This document shows positions 26,033 through 36,399 of a stretch of DNA of 64,000 nt, piece by piece. Each line of letters starts with the position of its first letter. The stretch's first letter is position 1. Made by a program: the position numbers and the translations under genes. The DNA comes from Thermoanaerobaculia bacterium (GTDB taxonomy: Bacteria; Acidobacteriota; Thermoanaerobaculia; Multivoradales; UBA5704), in assembly GCA_035940855.1 (NCBI GenBank), contig DASZEM010000046.1:34805-98804 (forward strand), given 5' to 3'. The notes beneath the pieces are model-generated. The model was not told the origin of the DNA. It made no database searches and worked only from the letters and a program-made list of their open reading frames with translations.

Positions 26033-29000
26033 CTACACCGGCAGCGTCACTACCACCTCCAGCCCGCCCTCCTGCCGGTTCCGGGCCGTAATCCCGCCGC
26101 CGTGCTCCTCGGCGATCCTGCGGGCGATGGGCAATCCCAGGCCTGTTCCCGTGTCGTGGGTCGAGAAATAAGGGTCGAAGATGCGCGGCAGGAGGTCCGG
26201 GGGGACGCCGGGGCCGGAGTCGAGGACGGCGATCTTCGCGAAACCGTCGTTCTGCTCGACGCGGACGGCCACGCGGCCGCCGCCGGCGCTGGCGCGCAGG
26301 GCGTTCTCGATCAGGTTGCGCACGGCGCGGTGCAGGAGCTTGGCGTCGAAGCGGGTGACGATCGACTCGGGCTCGGCGTCGAAATCGACCGTGACGCCCG
26401 GGGGCGGGGCCGCGCGGTAGCCCTCGACGAGGCCGGCCATGCTCTCCACGAGGTCGGCGGGCTTGGGGTCGATCCGCGGGATGGAGCTGTAGGCCGAGAA
26501 CTCGGAGGCGATCGAGCGCAGCTCGTCCACCTGGGTCAGGATGTTGTTGGTGCAGCGCTCGAAGACGCGGCCGAAGTGGTCGGGGTCGTGGCGGTAGACC
26601 TCCATCATGTGCTCGGCCGAGAGGCGGATGGGGGTGAGCGGGTTCTTGATCTCGTGGGCGATCATGCGGGCCATCTCGGCCCAGGCGAGCAGGCGCTGGC
26701 CCCGGAGCACCTCGGTGGCGTCTTCGACCACCAGGAGCGCCGAGGGCTCGCCCGATCCCGGCACGGGGACCCAGACGAGCGACCACTCGCGCTCGCCCTG
26801 GCCGTCCAGCCCGGCCAGCCGCACGGTGGTGCGGGCCATCTCGCCGCCGGTGGTCTTCAGGAACTCGGCGACCGGGCGCAGCTTGTCGGTCCGGCCGGCG
26901 GCTTCCTCCAGGCTCTGCCCCACCTCGGTCCCCAGGAGCTCGGCCGCCACCCGGTTGTGCATCAGGACCCGGCGTTCGCGGTCAACCGAGACGACGCCCG
27001 AGGTGATGTTCTCCACCATGCGCTCGACGACCTGCTTTTCGCGCACCAGCCGCTCGCGGGCGTCGGCGATGCGGCGGGCCATCTCGTCCACGGCCTCCAC
27101 GAGCGAGGCGAGCTCCAGCTCGGTGGGGGCGAGGTCGAGCGAGGGGGCTCCCGCGGCGATGCGCCGGGTGCCTTCCACGAGCTGCATCAGCGGGCGGGTG
27201 AAGTTGGAGGCCAGGCGCCGGCCCACGGCCACGAGCAGGGCGAAGAGGCCGGCGGTCACCAGCAGCCCCTGGCGCCGGAGCTGGGCGAGCTGGCGGGCGG
27301 CCTCCTCCTGCTGGGCAAGCAGGGGCATGGAGAGGAACAGCCGCTCGCTGCCCGTGCCGCCGGGCACCTTGAGGGGCGCGTACATTTCGAGATAGGTGGT
27401 CTCGCCCACGCGGTTGGTGCGCGAGGCGAGGCCGTAGCCCAGGAGGGCCAGGCGGCGGTAGATCTCGCCCGGGATGCGCTTGGGCAGCAGGCCCGCCGTG
27501 AACAGCTCGTGGCGGCTGGAGGCGTGGAGGGCGCTCCCCCAGTAGAGGTTCACCTCGTGGCGGACGATGCCGGACAGATCGATCAGCAACTGGTCGCCGA
27601 AGATCGTGTCCACGCCGAAGCCCGGCGGGAGCGTCAGCAGGCGCTGCCCCAGGAGCTGCTGGGCCGAGCTGAGGGCCGCCTCGCCCGCCACCTCCTGGTC
27701 GCGGCGCAGCCGCTCTTCCATGGAGCGGACGAGCACGAAATAGAGCAGCACGAGCGGCACGAGGAGGAGCACCGTGTAGACGATCATCAGGCGCTTCGAG
27801 TAGGAGCGCACGGTGCGCCGCAGGAGGTCTCGGAAGGCGGCGCGGGGCAGGGCCAGGAGCAGGAGAGGCGGCGCGGCCAGGGCCAGGAGCGAGAGCACGC
27901 CCAGGCTCCAGTTGCCGGTGCGCTCCAGGGCCTCGATCGGCCGCAGGAAGGGCAGGTAGACCACCTCCCATCCCTGCGCCGAGGCGCGGGCCCAGGCGCG
28001 GGCCCGGCCCGTGGGAGTCCTCTCCACCATCCCCTGCCCTCCGGCCCGGCGCAGGCGCTCCGGCAGGGGCGGCTCCTCTTCCCAGGGCGAGAGGGAGGCC
28101 CGGCCGTCGGGCGTGTAGAGGGCATAGAGCGCCGGCTGGGCGATCTCTTCGGTGGGCCCGGCCACGGGGCCGCCCTTGAGCAGGCCCACGTCCACCTCGG
28201 AGAGCCGCCGCCAGTCGTGCACCTCGAAGCCGGGGCGCGGCTGGAGCCAGTAGCGCACCCTGCCCCACGGCCTGCCGGCGAAGCGCAACGGCACGACGCC
28301 GGAGATCAGGAAGTCCTCCCAGAGCGGCAGGCGCAGGTCTTCCCAGCGGCCGGGATCGGGATCGACCAGTCCTTGATCGGTCAGCGGCATGCCGAAGGAG
28401 AAGGAAGAGGGAGGACCGTCGTCCATCTGCACCACCAGCGCCGAGAGCGAGTGGTGCCGGGCGAGCGGCGAGTCCTTCCACAGGGCGTAGGCGAGGTCCT
28501 GGCGGTCGAGGCCCGCGGGCGAGCGGGGGACGATCCGTTCGAGGTCGATGGCCTCGAAATGGCCGTGGATCTCCTGGGCGACGGAGGCGATCTCCTGCCG
28601 CGTCGGGGGCGCGAGCCGGGCCAGGAGGTCTCTCTCGGCGTAGCCGCGCAGGCGCCACCGGTAGGCGGTCTCCCAGGTGCCGGCGGCGGCGAAGGCCGCC
28701 ATCAGGACCAGGGCCACGAGCGCGAGCCCCTCGCCCAGCCGCCGCTGGTCGGCGTAGGAGGCGGCCGCGGCCCCGCCCACGGCGAGCAGGGGCACGGCCA
28801 GGAGCGGTTGATCGCAGAACGCCGCGCCCGCGAGCAGCAGCGCCACGGCGGCCCAGGCCACGCGGTCGAGCGGCGGCGCCGCGGGGCTCCCCTTGCGGCG
28901 CCCGGCGAGGCAGAGGATGCCGAAGGCCGCGCCGGTGAACCCGAGCCGCAGGGTGAACGCTTCCGCGGAAGCCACGATGCTGCCGGCGAGGTCGAGCGGT

Positions 29001-30211
29001 CCCCAGAGGCGCTGGAGCCCCCAGGCCCCGGCGAGGAGCAGGAGGATGGCGCCCGCTCCCTTGAGCCCGGCGGGGACGCGGTCCCCTTCCTCCGAGCGGG
29101 ACCAGACGCCGACGGCGGCCACGGCGAGCCCGGCGAGCAGCACCCCCAGAGCCCGTGGCGGCACGGCGAGCGCCGCTCCCAGGGCGACCAGCCCGCCCAC
29201 GGCCAGGGGGCTCACGAGGCGGCGCGCGGCGGGGAGGTCCTCGGCCATCAGCGGCCCGCCGCCCGGCAGGGCGAGGCGGAGGAAACGCAGCACGGCGATC
29301 GAGAGCAGAGCCAGGCCCACGACGGCCCAGGCCACGCGGTCCGCGGAAGGCCAGCGGGAGGAAAGCCCCCCGGCGGAGCCCCGCTCGATGACCAGGGACG
29401 GGGCTCCCGCGAGGGTCACGGCGTCCGCCCCGGGCACGCCCTGGGCCGGACCGTCGATCACGGACCAGCGCACGGGCCAGCGGGTCCGGCCTTTGGAGAA
29501 CGGCAGGCTGTCCGCCGGAAAGCTCACGCCCGCCACCACGCGCCAGGGTCGGCGCGATTCATCGAGAGGGTGGACGGCCAGCAGGGTCACGGCGCTGAAG
29601 CTCGCCCGGTAGGCGAGCCCCTCGCGGGGCACTTCCTGGGACAGCTCGTGGAGCAATCCCTCCCCCGCCCAGGCGGCCGGCACGCCGTCGGGATCGAGCA
29701 GCAGCAGGGCCCGGCGGCCCTGGCCTCGGCCGCTCTCGACGTCGTCCAGCCGGCTGAAGGCGGCGAGCTTCTCTTCCTGCGTCTCCGCGGGCCCGCCCAC
29801 GGCCGCGGCCGCCCGGGCGGCCTCCTCCCGCAGGTCCTTCAGGAAGCCGGAGTAGGCGCTCCGCGTCTCGCGGATCCAGTCCGCCCGGGAGCCGCGCTCC
29901 GTCCGGCCGAAGGCCCATCCCGCCGCCAGCACGGCCACGGCCACGGCCAGGATGGGTCCGGCGACGCGCCGCTCGCGGGAGCGGCGGATGGCGAGCCACG
30001 CGATCGAGAGGACCAGGAGGGCGGCGGCGGACCACGGCGCGGGCAGCGCCGGAGCGGCCACCAGGCCCGCCACGAGCAGGACTTCGAGGAGCGCCAGCCA
30101 GGCCGGCTCTCGGGGGGGAATCCGCCAGGCGCCGGCCAGATCCCCCGGCGCTTGTGAAGGGGCTCTCACTTGGGGAGCATCGGCAGATCCACGCCGCGCT
30201 CCCGGGCGCAT
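26033..30211 (-). CDS. Large multi-TM sensor histidine kinase (~1390 aa)
   Basis: Many N-terminal TM helices; HAMP-like linker; PAS-like segment; HisKA H-box [10 protein letters not shown]; HATPase_c (GGGRVAVRV...DSGPGV...GTGLGL). Start uncertain; track start overlaps the hutU 3' end by 46 nt. Confidence 0.8.
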   Translation of the reverse strand: MRPGARRGSADAPQVRAPSQAPGDLAGAWRIPPREPAWLALLEVLLVAGLVAAPALPAPWSAAALLVLSIAWLAIRRSRERRVAGPILAVAVAVLAAGWAFGRTERGSRADWIRETRSAYSGFLKDLREEAARAAAAVGGPAETQEEKLAAFSRLDDVESGRGQGRRALLLLDPDGVPAAWAGEGLLHELSQEVPREGLAYRASFSAVTLLAVHPLDESRRPWRVVAGVSFPADSLPFSKGRTRWPVRWSVIDGPAQGVPGADAVTLAGAPSLVIERGSAGGLSSRWPSADRVAWAVVGLALLSIAVLRFLRLALPGGGPLMAEDLPAARRLVSPLAVGGLVALGAALAVPPRALGVLLAGLAVAAVGVWSRSEEGDRVPAGLKGAGAILLLLAGAWGLQRLWGPLDLAGSIVASAEAFTLRLGFTGAAFGILCLAGRRKGSPAAPPLDRVAWAAVALLLAGAAFCDQPLLAVPLLAVGGAAAASYADQRRLGEGLALVALVLMAAFAAAGTWETAYRWRLRGYAERDLLARLAPPTRQEIASVAQEIHGHFEAIDLERIVPRSPAGLDRQDLAYALWKDSPLARHHSLSALVVQMDDGPPSSFSFGMPLTDQGLVDPDPGRWEDLRLPLWEDFLISGVVPLRFAGRPWGRVRYWLQPRPGFEVHDWRRLSEVDVGLLKGGPVAGPTEEIAQPALYALYTPDGRASLSPWEEEPPLPERLRRAGGQGMVERTPTGRARAWARASAQGWEVVYLPFLRPIEALERTGNWSLGVLSLLALAAPPLLLLALPRAAFRDLLRRTVRSYSKRLMIVYTVLLLVPLVLLYFVLVRSMEERLRRDQEVAGEAALSSAQQLLGQRLLTLPPGFGVDTIFGDQLLIDLSGIVRHEVNLYWGSALHASSRHELFTAGLLPKRIPGEIYRRLALLGYGLASRTNRVGETTYLEMYAPLKVPGGTGSERLFLSMPLLAQQEEAARQLAQLRRQGLLVTAGLFALLVAVGRRLASNFTRPLMQLVEGTRRIAAGAPSLDLAPTELELASLVEAVDEMARRIADARERLVREKQVVERMVENITSGVVSVDRERRVLMHNRVAAELLGTEVGQSLEEAAGRTDKLRPVAEFLKTTGGEMARTTVRLAGLDGQGEREWSLVWVPVPGSGEPSALLVVEDATEVLRGQRLLAWAEMARMIAHEIKNPLTPIRLSAEHMMEVYRHDPDHFGRVFERCTNNILTQVDELRSIASEFSAYSSIPRIDPKPADLVESMAGLVEGYRAAPPPGVTVDFDAEPESIVTRFDAKLLHRAVRNLIENALRASAGGGRVAVRVEQNDGFAKIAVLDSGPGVPPDLLPRIFDPYFSTHDTGTGLGLPIARRIAEEHGGGITARNRQEGGLEVVVTLPV

Positions 30212-31851
30212 TTGATGGCCTCGGGGTAGCCGGCGTCGGCGTGACGCGCCACCCCCATGCCGGGATCGCCGGTGAGGACCCGCTCCAGCCTCCGGGCGGC
30301 CGCTTCGGTGCCGTCGGCCACGATCACCATGCCGGCATGGATCGAGTAGCCGATGCCCACGCCCCCGCCATGATGGACGGAGACCCAGGTGGCGCCGTTG
30401 ACCGCGTTGAGCAGGGCGTTGAGGATGGGCCAGTCGGCAATGGCGTCCGAGCCGTCGCGCATGCCTTCCGTCTCGCGGTTGGGCGAGGCCACGGAGCCGC
30501 AGTCGAGGTGGTCGCGGCCGATCACGATGGGCGCCTTGACCCGGCCCGAGGCCACCAGCTCGTTGAACACCCGCCCGGCCTTGGCCCGCTCGCCGTAGCC
30601 GAGCCAGCAGATGCGCGCCGGCAGCCCCTGGAAGGCCACCCGCTCGCGGGCCATGGGGATCCAGCGCGCGAGCGCCTCATCTTCTGGGAAGGTCTCCAGG
30701 ATGGCCTCATCCGTGACCGCCAGGTCTTCCGGATCGCCCGAGAGCACGGCCCAGCGGAAGGGACCTTTGCCCTCGCAGAACAGCGGCCGGATGAAGAGCG
30801 GCACGAAGCCGCCGATGTCGAACGCCCGCCGCTCGCCCGCTTCGAGCGCCTGGCCGCGCAGGTTGTTGCCGTAGTCGAAGGTGACGGCCCCGCGCTCCTG
30901 GAGCGCGAGCATGGCGCGCACGTGGGCGGCCATGGAGGCCATGGAGCGGTCCACGTACTGCTTCGGGTCCTCCCGCCGCAGCCGGAGCGCTTCCTCATAG
31001 GGGATGCCGTGCGGCACATAGCCCTGGAGGGCGTCGTGGGCCGAGGTCTGGTCGGTCAGCGCGTCGGGCACGAGGCCGGCCGCCACCAGGTGCTCCAGGA
31101 GATCGACGGCGTTGGCCTGGACGGCGATCGAGACCGCCTCGCGCCGGTCGCGCGCCGCGAGCGCCTGCTCGACGGCAGTCTGGAGATCCGGAGCCACGGT
31201 GTCCAGGTACCGGGTGGCGAGCCGGCGCTCGATGCGGGTGCGGTCCACCTCGGCCACGAGGCAGACCCCCTGGTTCATGGTGACGGCGAGCGGCTGGGCC
31301 CCGCCCATGCCGCCCAGGCCGGCGGTGACGGTGAGCCGGCCGGCGAGCGAGCCGCCGAAGTGCTGGCGGGCGCATTCCGCGAGGGTCTCGTAGGTGCCCT
31401 GGAGGATGCCCTGGGTGCCGATGTAGATCCACGAGCCGGCCGTCATCTGGCCGTACATGGTGAGCCCGAGCCCTTCCAGGCGCCGGAACTCGTCCGCCGT
31501 GGCCCAGTGGGGCACCAGCATGGAATTGGCGAGGAGCACCCGGGGAGCGTCCGCGTGGCTGCGGAACACAGCCACCGGCTTGCCGGACTGGACGAGGAGC
31601 GTCTCCTCGTTGCCCAGCCGCTTCAGGGTCTCCACGATCGCCTCGAAGCACTCCCAGTTGCGCGCCGCCTTGCCCGAACCGCCATAGACCACCAGCTCCT
31701 CCGGCCGCTCGGCGACCTCGGGGTCGAGGTTGTTCATCAGCATCCGCAGGGCGGCTTCCTGCTGCCATCCGCGGCAGGAGATCTCCGTGCCGCGGGGGGC
31801 GCGCACGGTGCGGGGACGGGCGGTCGGGGCGGGGGCGGTGGTCGTGGTCAT
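30166..31851 (-). CDS. hutU: Urocanate hydratase
   Basis: Start at MTTTTAPAP... (ATG 31849-31851); conserved HutU core ([32 protein letters not shown]...[10 protein letters not shown]...). Confidence 0.9.
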   Translation of the reverse strand: MTTTTAPAPTARPRTVRAPRGTEISCRGWQQEAALRMLMNNLDPEVAERPEELVVYGGSGKAARNWECFEAIVETLKRLGNEETLLVQSGKPVAVFRSHADAPRVLLANSMLVPHWATADEFRRLEGLGLTMYGQMTAGSWIYIGTQGILQGTYETLAECARQHFGGSLAGRLTVTAGLGGMGGAQPLAVTMNQGVCLVAEVDRTRIERRLATRYLDTVAPDLQTAVEQALAARDRREAVSIAVQANAVDLLEHLVAAGLVPDALTDQTSAHDALQGYVPHGIPYEEALRLRREDPKQYVDRSMASMAAHVRAMLALQERGAVTFDYGNNLRGQALEAGERRAFDIGGFVPLFIRPLFCEGKGPFRWAVLSGDPEDLAVTDEAILETFPEDEALARWIPMARERVAFQGLPARICWLGYGERAKAGRVFNELVASGRVKAPIVIGRDHLDCGSVASPNRETEGMRDGSDAIADWPILNALLNAVNGATWVSVHHGGGVGIGYSIHAGMVIVADGTEAAARRLERVLTGDPGMGVARHADAGYPEAIKCARERGVDLPMLPK

Positions 31852-31900
31852 GGGGTCCATTCTAAACGGGCTCCGGGCTGTCCTGTACAATCAGACTGCC

Positions 31901-32233
31901 ATGCGACACCTGCCTCCTTCTCTTCAGGAAGCGGTCCTAAGGCTGGAACAGGACCTGAAATGCCTCTACGGCGAGCGGTTCCGGGGCCTGCTCCTCTACG
32001 GATCGTACGCCCGGGGCGATGCCCGTGAAGGCAGTGACGTGGATCTCCTTCTGTTGCTCGATGGGCTGGTGAGCCCCGTCCGGGAGATCTTGTACATGGA
32101 GCCTGTGGTCTGGCCGCTTTCTCTCGAATACGACACGGTCCTTTCCGTAATGCCGGTGGACGCCGAGTCTTACCAGAAGGCCGAGTCCAGGTTCCTCCGG
32201 AACGTGCGCAAGGAAGTCGTGCCAGCGGCATGA
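31901..32233 (+). CDS. Minimal nucleotidyltransferase (MNT) antitoxin of a HEPN/MNT module
   Basis: 110 aa; GSYARGDAREGSDVDLLLLLD (NTase fold GS...D.D); ATGA overlap with the HEPN gene. Confidence 0.8.
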   Translation: MRHLPPSLQEAVLRLEQDLKCLYGERFRGLLLYGSYARGDAREGSDVDLLLLLDGLVSPVREILYMEPVVWPLSLEYDTVLSVMPVDAESYQKAESRFLRNVRKEVVPAA

Positions 32234-32606
32234 ATGATCCCGACCGCCTCCTGGAAAGGGCGAAGAAATCTCTCCTCGCGGCCGAACGCCTTCTGGCCGA
32301 CGGAGATCCTGAATTCGCGGCATCCAGGGTTTACTATTCCTATTCCACACCGCACAGGCCCTCCTCTCCTCGCGAGGGCTCGATCCCTCCCGGCATGGGC
32401 AGGTGATTGCCCAATACGGCCTTCATTTCGCCAAGACCCGGACCCTGGACCCCGTCTTCCACAACTGGATCGGCACGGCGTTCAAGCTCCGCCAGATCGC
32501 GGACTATCAGGTCGAAGTCGCGATTGAGACCGAAGCCGTCAGCGACCTGATTTCGGGCTGCCGGCAGTTCATCGCCGCCGCGGAGGAGTACCTTGCAGGG
32601 CTTTGA
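32230..32606 (+). pseudogene. HEPN-domain toxin gene disrupted by a -1 frameshift near 32343
   Basis: Frame 1 gives MNDPDRLLERAKKSLLAAERLLADGDPEFAASRVYYSY then nonsense and a stop at 32404-32406. Frame -1 continues FHTAQALLSSRGLDPSRHGQVIAQYGLHFAKTRTLDPVFHNWIGTAFKLRQIADYQ...EYLAGL. Junction TATTCCTATTCCACACC is consistent with loss of one T from TATTTCCAC. Confidence 0.7.
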
Positions 32607-32787
32607 ATCGCTTTCTCTAAATCGTGTATGTGATTGGATCAGATTTTTTTCGTTTTGATTGTCCCGCCCTTCGATCATGGAGACACTCCTAGCATAGACG
32701 CGCGCAGAGATCGGATCGTACACCCGGTCGTCAACACGGATGAGAGCTCGTGTTCGTGGGCTCTCTATCCATCACAAGGAGGAAATC

Positions 32788-32952
32788 ATGAAAAGTGGTA
32801 AATCGTCCAAGTCAGCCAAGAAGCTCAATTTGAGCAGGGAGACGATCAAAAAGCTTTCCGAGTCCGACCTGGAGGGAGTGCAGGGCGCGCAGATGAAGAC
32901 CTCCGAAACCGGCGGCAACTGCTACAGCCTCATGATCGATGGGTGCGGCTGA
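32788..32952 (+). CDS. Small precursor-like peptide (54 aa) with lysine-rich N-terminus and double-glycine-type leader (…LSESDLEGVQGA) followed by a 20-aa Cys/Ser/Thr core
   Basis: Strong RBS AAGGAGGAAATC before ATG. MKSGKSSKSAKKLNLSRETIKKLSESDLEGVQGA|QMKTSETGGNCYSLMIDGCG. AT-rich upstream region; 12-bp-stem hairpin immediately downstream. Confidence 0.45.
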   Translation: MKSGKSSKSAKKLNLSRETIKKLSESDLEGVQGAQMKTSETGGNCYSLMIDGCG

Positions 32953-32972
32953 TCGATCAGCGTTGACCGGAG

Positions 32973-33010
32973 CGGCGAGGAACCGCGGCCGAACACCAGG
33001 TTCCTCGCCG
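32973..33010 (+). terminator. GC-rich hairpin (12-bp stem CGGCGAGGAACC/GGTTCCTCGCCG, 14-nt loop) after the small peptide ORF
   Basis: Seen in sequence; no clear U-tract, so intrinsic-terminator assignment is tentative. Confidence 0.35.
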
Positions 33011-33047
33011 CCATCCACAGGGCCGGACTGAAGCGTAGAATCCGGCC

Positions 33048-35168
33048 ATGAAATCCGCGCCCCTGGCTGCCCTTCTCTTCCTCTGGCCCCTCTCTTCCCT
33101 CCACGCCGCCAGCCTCGACGACGAAGTCAACGCCTTCCTCCAGGTCCCCGCCGTGGCGGGCCGGGAGGATGGGGCGGCGGATTTCATCGCCGGACGCCTC
33201 CGTGGGGCGCGGCGGGACGCGCTGGGGAACGTCGTGCTCACGGTGGGCTCCGGGGAGCCCCGGCGGCTGGTGGCGTGCGGGCTGGGAGAGCCGGGCTTCA
33301 TCGTCAGCGGCATCCGGGAGGACGGCTACCTCCGAGTCGTGCCGGCGGGAGCCGACCTCGTGGGATCGCTCTGGACGCAGTCGTTCGAGGGGCAGACCGT
33401 CATTACCGGTGGCGCCCGGGGATGGCGGGCGGGGGCCGTGGTGCTGCCGTCGGTCCACCTGGGGGGCGCCGGACGCGAGCGCCCCTTCTCCGTGGAAGAC
33501 CTCTACGTCGACGTGGGAGCGGAGAGCGCCGCCGAGGTGGCGGAGATGGGGATCCGCCTCATGGACCCCGTGGCGCTGGTCCGCCGGCCGTCGAAGCTCG
33601 CGGGCGGACTCGTGGCCGCTCCGGCCGCCGCGGTCAAAGGGGCCTGCGTGGCCCTGGCCGACGCGGCCCGGCGATATCTTGCGGGATACCAGGCGGGAAA
33701 TCGGCCCGGAGAAGGCACGGTCGTGTTCGCCTGGGCCACCTCCGACCTGCTCAACCGGTCCGGGCTCCAGCACGTGCTCGACCAGCGGGGGCCGTTCCGG
33801 GAGGCAATCTTGCTCGACGCCGGCTTCGGCTGGGAGGAGGTCAAGGATGGAAATCCCATCCCCAAGCCGCTCCCCGCGCCCGGCTCCGGCCTCATCGGCG
33901 ACGGCAATCTCCCGGCTTCCCTGGCTCGGATCGCGAAGGCTCCCCACATCGAAGGCGGTCTGGAAACCGGGGACACTCGCGTGGGCTATCTCGGCCTCGC
34001 CGCCCGCTATCCCGGAACGCCCGTGGAGACAGTCTCCCTCCGCGACGTGAAGGCGCTTTCGGATGCCATCCTGACCGCGCTGGGGAGCAAGACCGGAACG
34101 GAGGAGGCCGTTCCCTCTCTGCCCGCCCCGCCGGAGATCGCCGAGACGGGCGAAGGGCACGAGGAGGTGGCCCGCCTTCTGGGCTCTCTGATCGCCCGCT
34201 ACGGCGTGAGCGGCGCCGAGGGGCCAGTGCGCGAGGAGGTGCTGCGCAGCCTGCCGGCCTGGGCGAAGCCGGAGACGGACGAGAAAGGGAACGTCACCGT
34301 GACCGTGGGGAGCGGCGGCGAGCCGGTCCTCTTCGTGTCCCACATGGACGAGGTCGGCTTCCGCGTCCAGGAAGTGCTGGCGGACGGACGGCTGCGGCTC
34401 CAGAACCGCGGCGGCGTCCTGCCTCAGGCCTGGGAGGCTCAGGCGGCCCTGGTCCACGGCGACCGGGGAGCCGTGCCGGCCGTGTTCGAGCCGCGCGAGG
34501 ACTGGTGGACCGCCGAAAAGTCGGGCCTCGCCAAGCCCCTGACCGTCTATCTCGGCGTCTCCTCCCCGAAGGAGGCCGAAGCGCTGGGCATCCGCGCCGG
34601 GAGCACGGTCACCATGCCCAAGCGCATGCTGCGCATCGGCCGCCACCGCGTCCTCGCCCGGAGCTTCGACGACCGGATAGGCTCGACGGCCCTGCTGCTG
34701 GCCCTGCGGCGGATCGATCCCGCGAAGCTTCGGCGCCGCGTGACCTTCGCCTGGTCCGTCGAGGAGGAAGTCGGCCTGGACGGCTCCAAGGTCCTCGCCC
34801 AGCGGCTGCGGGACGTGCGGGAGGTCCACCCCGTGGACACCTTCGTCTCCTCGGACTCGCCGATCGAATCGAAACGGTTCGCCGACGCCCGGCTGGGCCA
34901 GGGGCCCGTGATCCGGGCCATGGACAACGGCTATCTGGCGCCCCGCCCCCTGATCGACCGCTTCCGGGCTCTGGCGGAGCGCAACGGCATCCCCATCCAG
35001 ATCGGTTTCACGGGCGGCGCCACGGACGGCATGGCGTTCCTGCCCAACGGCCCCGCCATGCTCCCCTTCTCCTGGCCGGGCCGGTACTCGCACTCCCCCA
35101 TTGAGGTGGCGGACCTGCGGGACGCCGAAGCGCTGGTGAGGCTGGTCGTGGCGGTCGCGACGGAGTAA
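33048..35168 (+). CDS. Secreted tandem M42-family metallopeptidase (two FrvX/glutamyl-aminopeptidase-like domains)
   Basis: 706 aa; signal peptide; two repeats of the M42 architecture (…LFVSHMDEVGF…, …DRIGSTALLLALRR…, …GGATDG…). Confidence 0.75.
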   Translation: MKSAPLAALLFLWPLSSLHAASLDDEVNAFLQVPAVAGREDGAADFIAGRLRGARRDALGNVVLTVGSGEPRRLVACGLGEPGFIVSGIREDGYLRVVPAGADLVGSLWTQSFEGQTVITGGARGWRAGAVVLPSVHLGGAGRERPFSVEDLYVDVGAESAAEVAEMGIRLMDPVALVRRPSKLAGGLVAAPAAAVKGACVALADAARRYLAGYQAGNRPGEGTVVFAWATSDLLNRSGLQHVLDQRGPFREAILLDAGFGWEEVKDGNPIPKPLPAPGSGLIGDGNLPASLARIAKAPHIEGGLETGDTRVGYLGLAARYPGTPVETVSLRDVKALSDAILTALGSKTGTEEAVPSLPAPPEIAETGEGHEEVARLLGSLIARYGVSGAEGPVREEVLRSLPAWAKPETDEKGNVTVTVGSGGEPVLFVSHMDEVGFRVQEVLADGRLRLQNRGGVLPQAWEAQAALVHGDRGAVPAVFEPREDWWTAEKSGLAKPLTVYLGVSSPKEAEALGIRAGSTVTMPKRMLRIGRHRVLARSFDDRIGSTALLLALRRIDPAKLRRRVTFAWSVEEEVGLDGSKVLAQRLRDVREVHPVDTFVSSDSPIESKRFADARLGQGPVIRAMDNGYLAPRPLIDRFRALAERNGIPIQIGFTGGATDGMAFLPNGPAMLPFSWPGRYSHSPIEVADLRDAEALVRLVVAVATE

Positions 35169-35189
35169 GGCCGAGTCGGTGAACTGGAT

Positions 35190-35378
35190 TCAGTCCGCCC
35201 CGCAGATCGCCACGCATCGGCAGCCACCCGTGGTCGTCGGGCAGCAATCCCCCGCGCACTTCTGGCAGAAGGTCACGGTGCAACCCTCGAGCTCAGCTTC
35301 AGCCGGTTGTGGAGCAAAGCCATAAACCAGGATGACGAGAACGGCGCAGGAGCCCAGGAAAGTCCAAACGCGCTTCAT
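35190..35378 (-). CDS. Secreted cysteine-rich mini-protein (62 aa precursor, ~34-aa mature peptide, 8 Cys)
   Basis: RBS AAAGGA 6 nt upstream; signal peptide MKRVWTFLGSCAVLVILVYGFAPQPAEA; mature ELEGCTVTFCQKCAGDCCPTTTGGCRCVAICGAD (C-x4-C-x2-C-x3-CC...). Confidence 0.55.
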   Translation of the reverse strand: MKRVWTFLGSCAVLVILVYGFAPQPAEAELEGCTVTFCQKCAGDCCPTTTGGCRCVAICGAD

Positions 35379-35466
35379 GATCTGTCCTTTCTGGAGTGGC
35401 AGGTTGGGGCGGAGTCATTCTGCACTTGCTGAATATACCACGGGCGGTTCTGGACTGTGCTCCCGG

Positions 35467-36399
35467 CTACGGCGCGTCCGGCAGCGGCCGGATGGCCCCG
35501 CCGTAGTCCTCGTCGTCCGTGCCGATGAAAAGGCGCTCCTTGCCGTCCGCGCCGTCCGCTCCCGGACAGGCGGCGAGGGCTTCCACCTTGAAGCCGTCGA
35601 TCGTGGCGAGGCGGCGCGGCTGGGGGAGCAGCGTCACGGCCGGGCGGCCGGCGCTCTCCTCCACGCGGCCGATCTCCCAGACGATGCTGCGGAACGGCCC
35701 CGTGTCCCCGGGATCGAGGGTGGACGCCGCGAAGATCCGGCCCTGTCCGTCCACCTCCAGGGCGGAGATGTGGCGATGGTGCGGTCCGGAGGGCTCGGGC
35801 AGCCTGAGGTCGGTGCTGCGGGGCTGTCCGAGCGTCAGGGGCTCGAGACCGAGGACGAACCAGCGCAGCCGCGTGTCCGTCTGGTCCTCGCCCCGCTCCG
35901 CATCGAGGAACACCAACCTCTCCCCCACCTTTGCCACGGCCGTGCCTTCGATGTTGGTGACCGGCTCGATCAGAGAGGTGAAGCCGAGCAGTCGGCCATC
36001 TCCCGAGACGCGGAGGATGCGGCCGAAGCGGCTCTCCCGGTAGGAGCTCTCGACCAGCAGGAAGGAGTCCGTGCCGGGCACGGCCGCCACGCTCTCCAGG
36101 TCGTTCGGCGCGCCGTCAGGGTCCGGCCAGGGGACGGCGACCGGCTCCCAGGTGTAGCCCTTCTCGCCCGGATGCACGCGCATCAGCGGCGGCAGGGCGC
36201 CCTTGGCATCGTTCTTGGCGTCGGTGACGGCCAGGAAGTCGCCGCCGGGGAGGCACCCGAGGCCGCTCACGGGGGGCAGGGATGGAGAGGGCGGAACCGG
36301 CGCAGCCGCAGCGGGAGCCGCCGTTTGAGGCGGCTCGGACGTACCAGCGCACCCCAGGACCAGGACAGCCAGGAGACCTGCCGCGAGGATCTTCTTCAT
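35467..36399 (-). CDS. Hypothetical lipoprotein (possible beta-propeller fold)
   Basis: 310 aa; lipobox LLAVLVLG-C; Pro/Ala-rich linker, then globular domain. Confidence 0.55.
   Translation of the reverse strand: MKKILAAGLLAVLVLGCAGTSEPPQTAAPAAAAPVPPSPSLPPVSGLGCLPGGDFLAVTDAKNDAKGALPPLMRVHPGEKGYTWEPVAVPWPDPDGAPNDLESVAAVPGTDSFLLVESSYRESRFGRILRVSGDGRLLGFTSLIEPVTNIEGTAVAKVGERLVFLDAERGEDQTDTRLRWFVLGLEPLTLGQPRSTDLRLPEPSGPHHRHISALEVDGQGRIFAASTLDPGDTGPFRSIVWEIGRVEESAGRPAVTLLPQPRRLATIDGFKVEALAACPGADGADGKERLFIGTDDEDYGGAIRPLPDAP

Noticed and set aside
26102-30157. 1351-aa plus-strand ORF
   Set aside because: Antisense to the sensor histidine kinase; repetitive G/R/A/E composition.
32922-35093. 723-aa minus-strand ORF
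   Set aside because: Antisense to the tandem M42 peptidase, which has clear metallopeptidase motifs.
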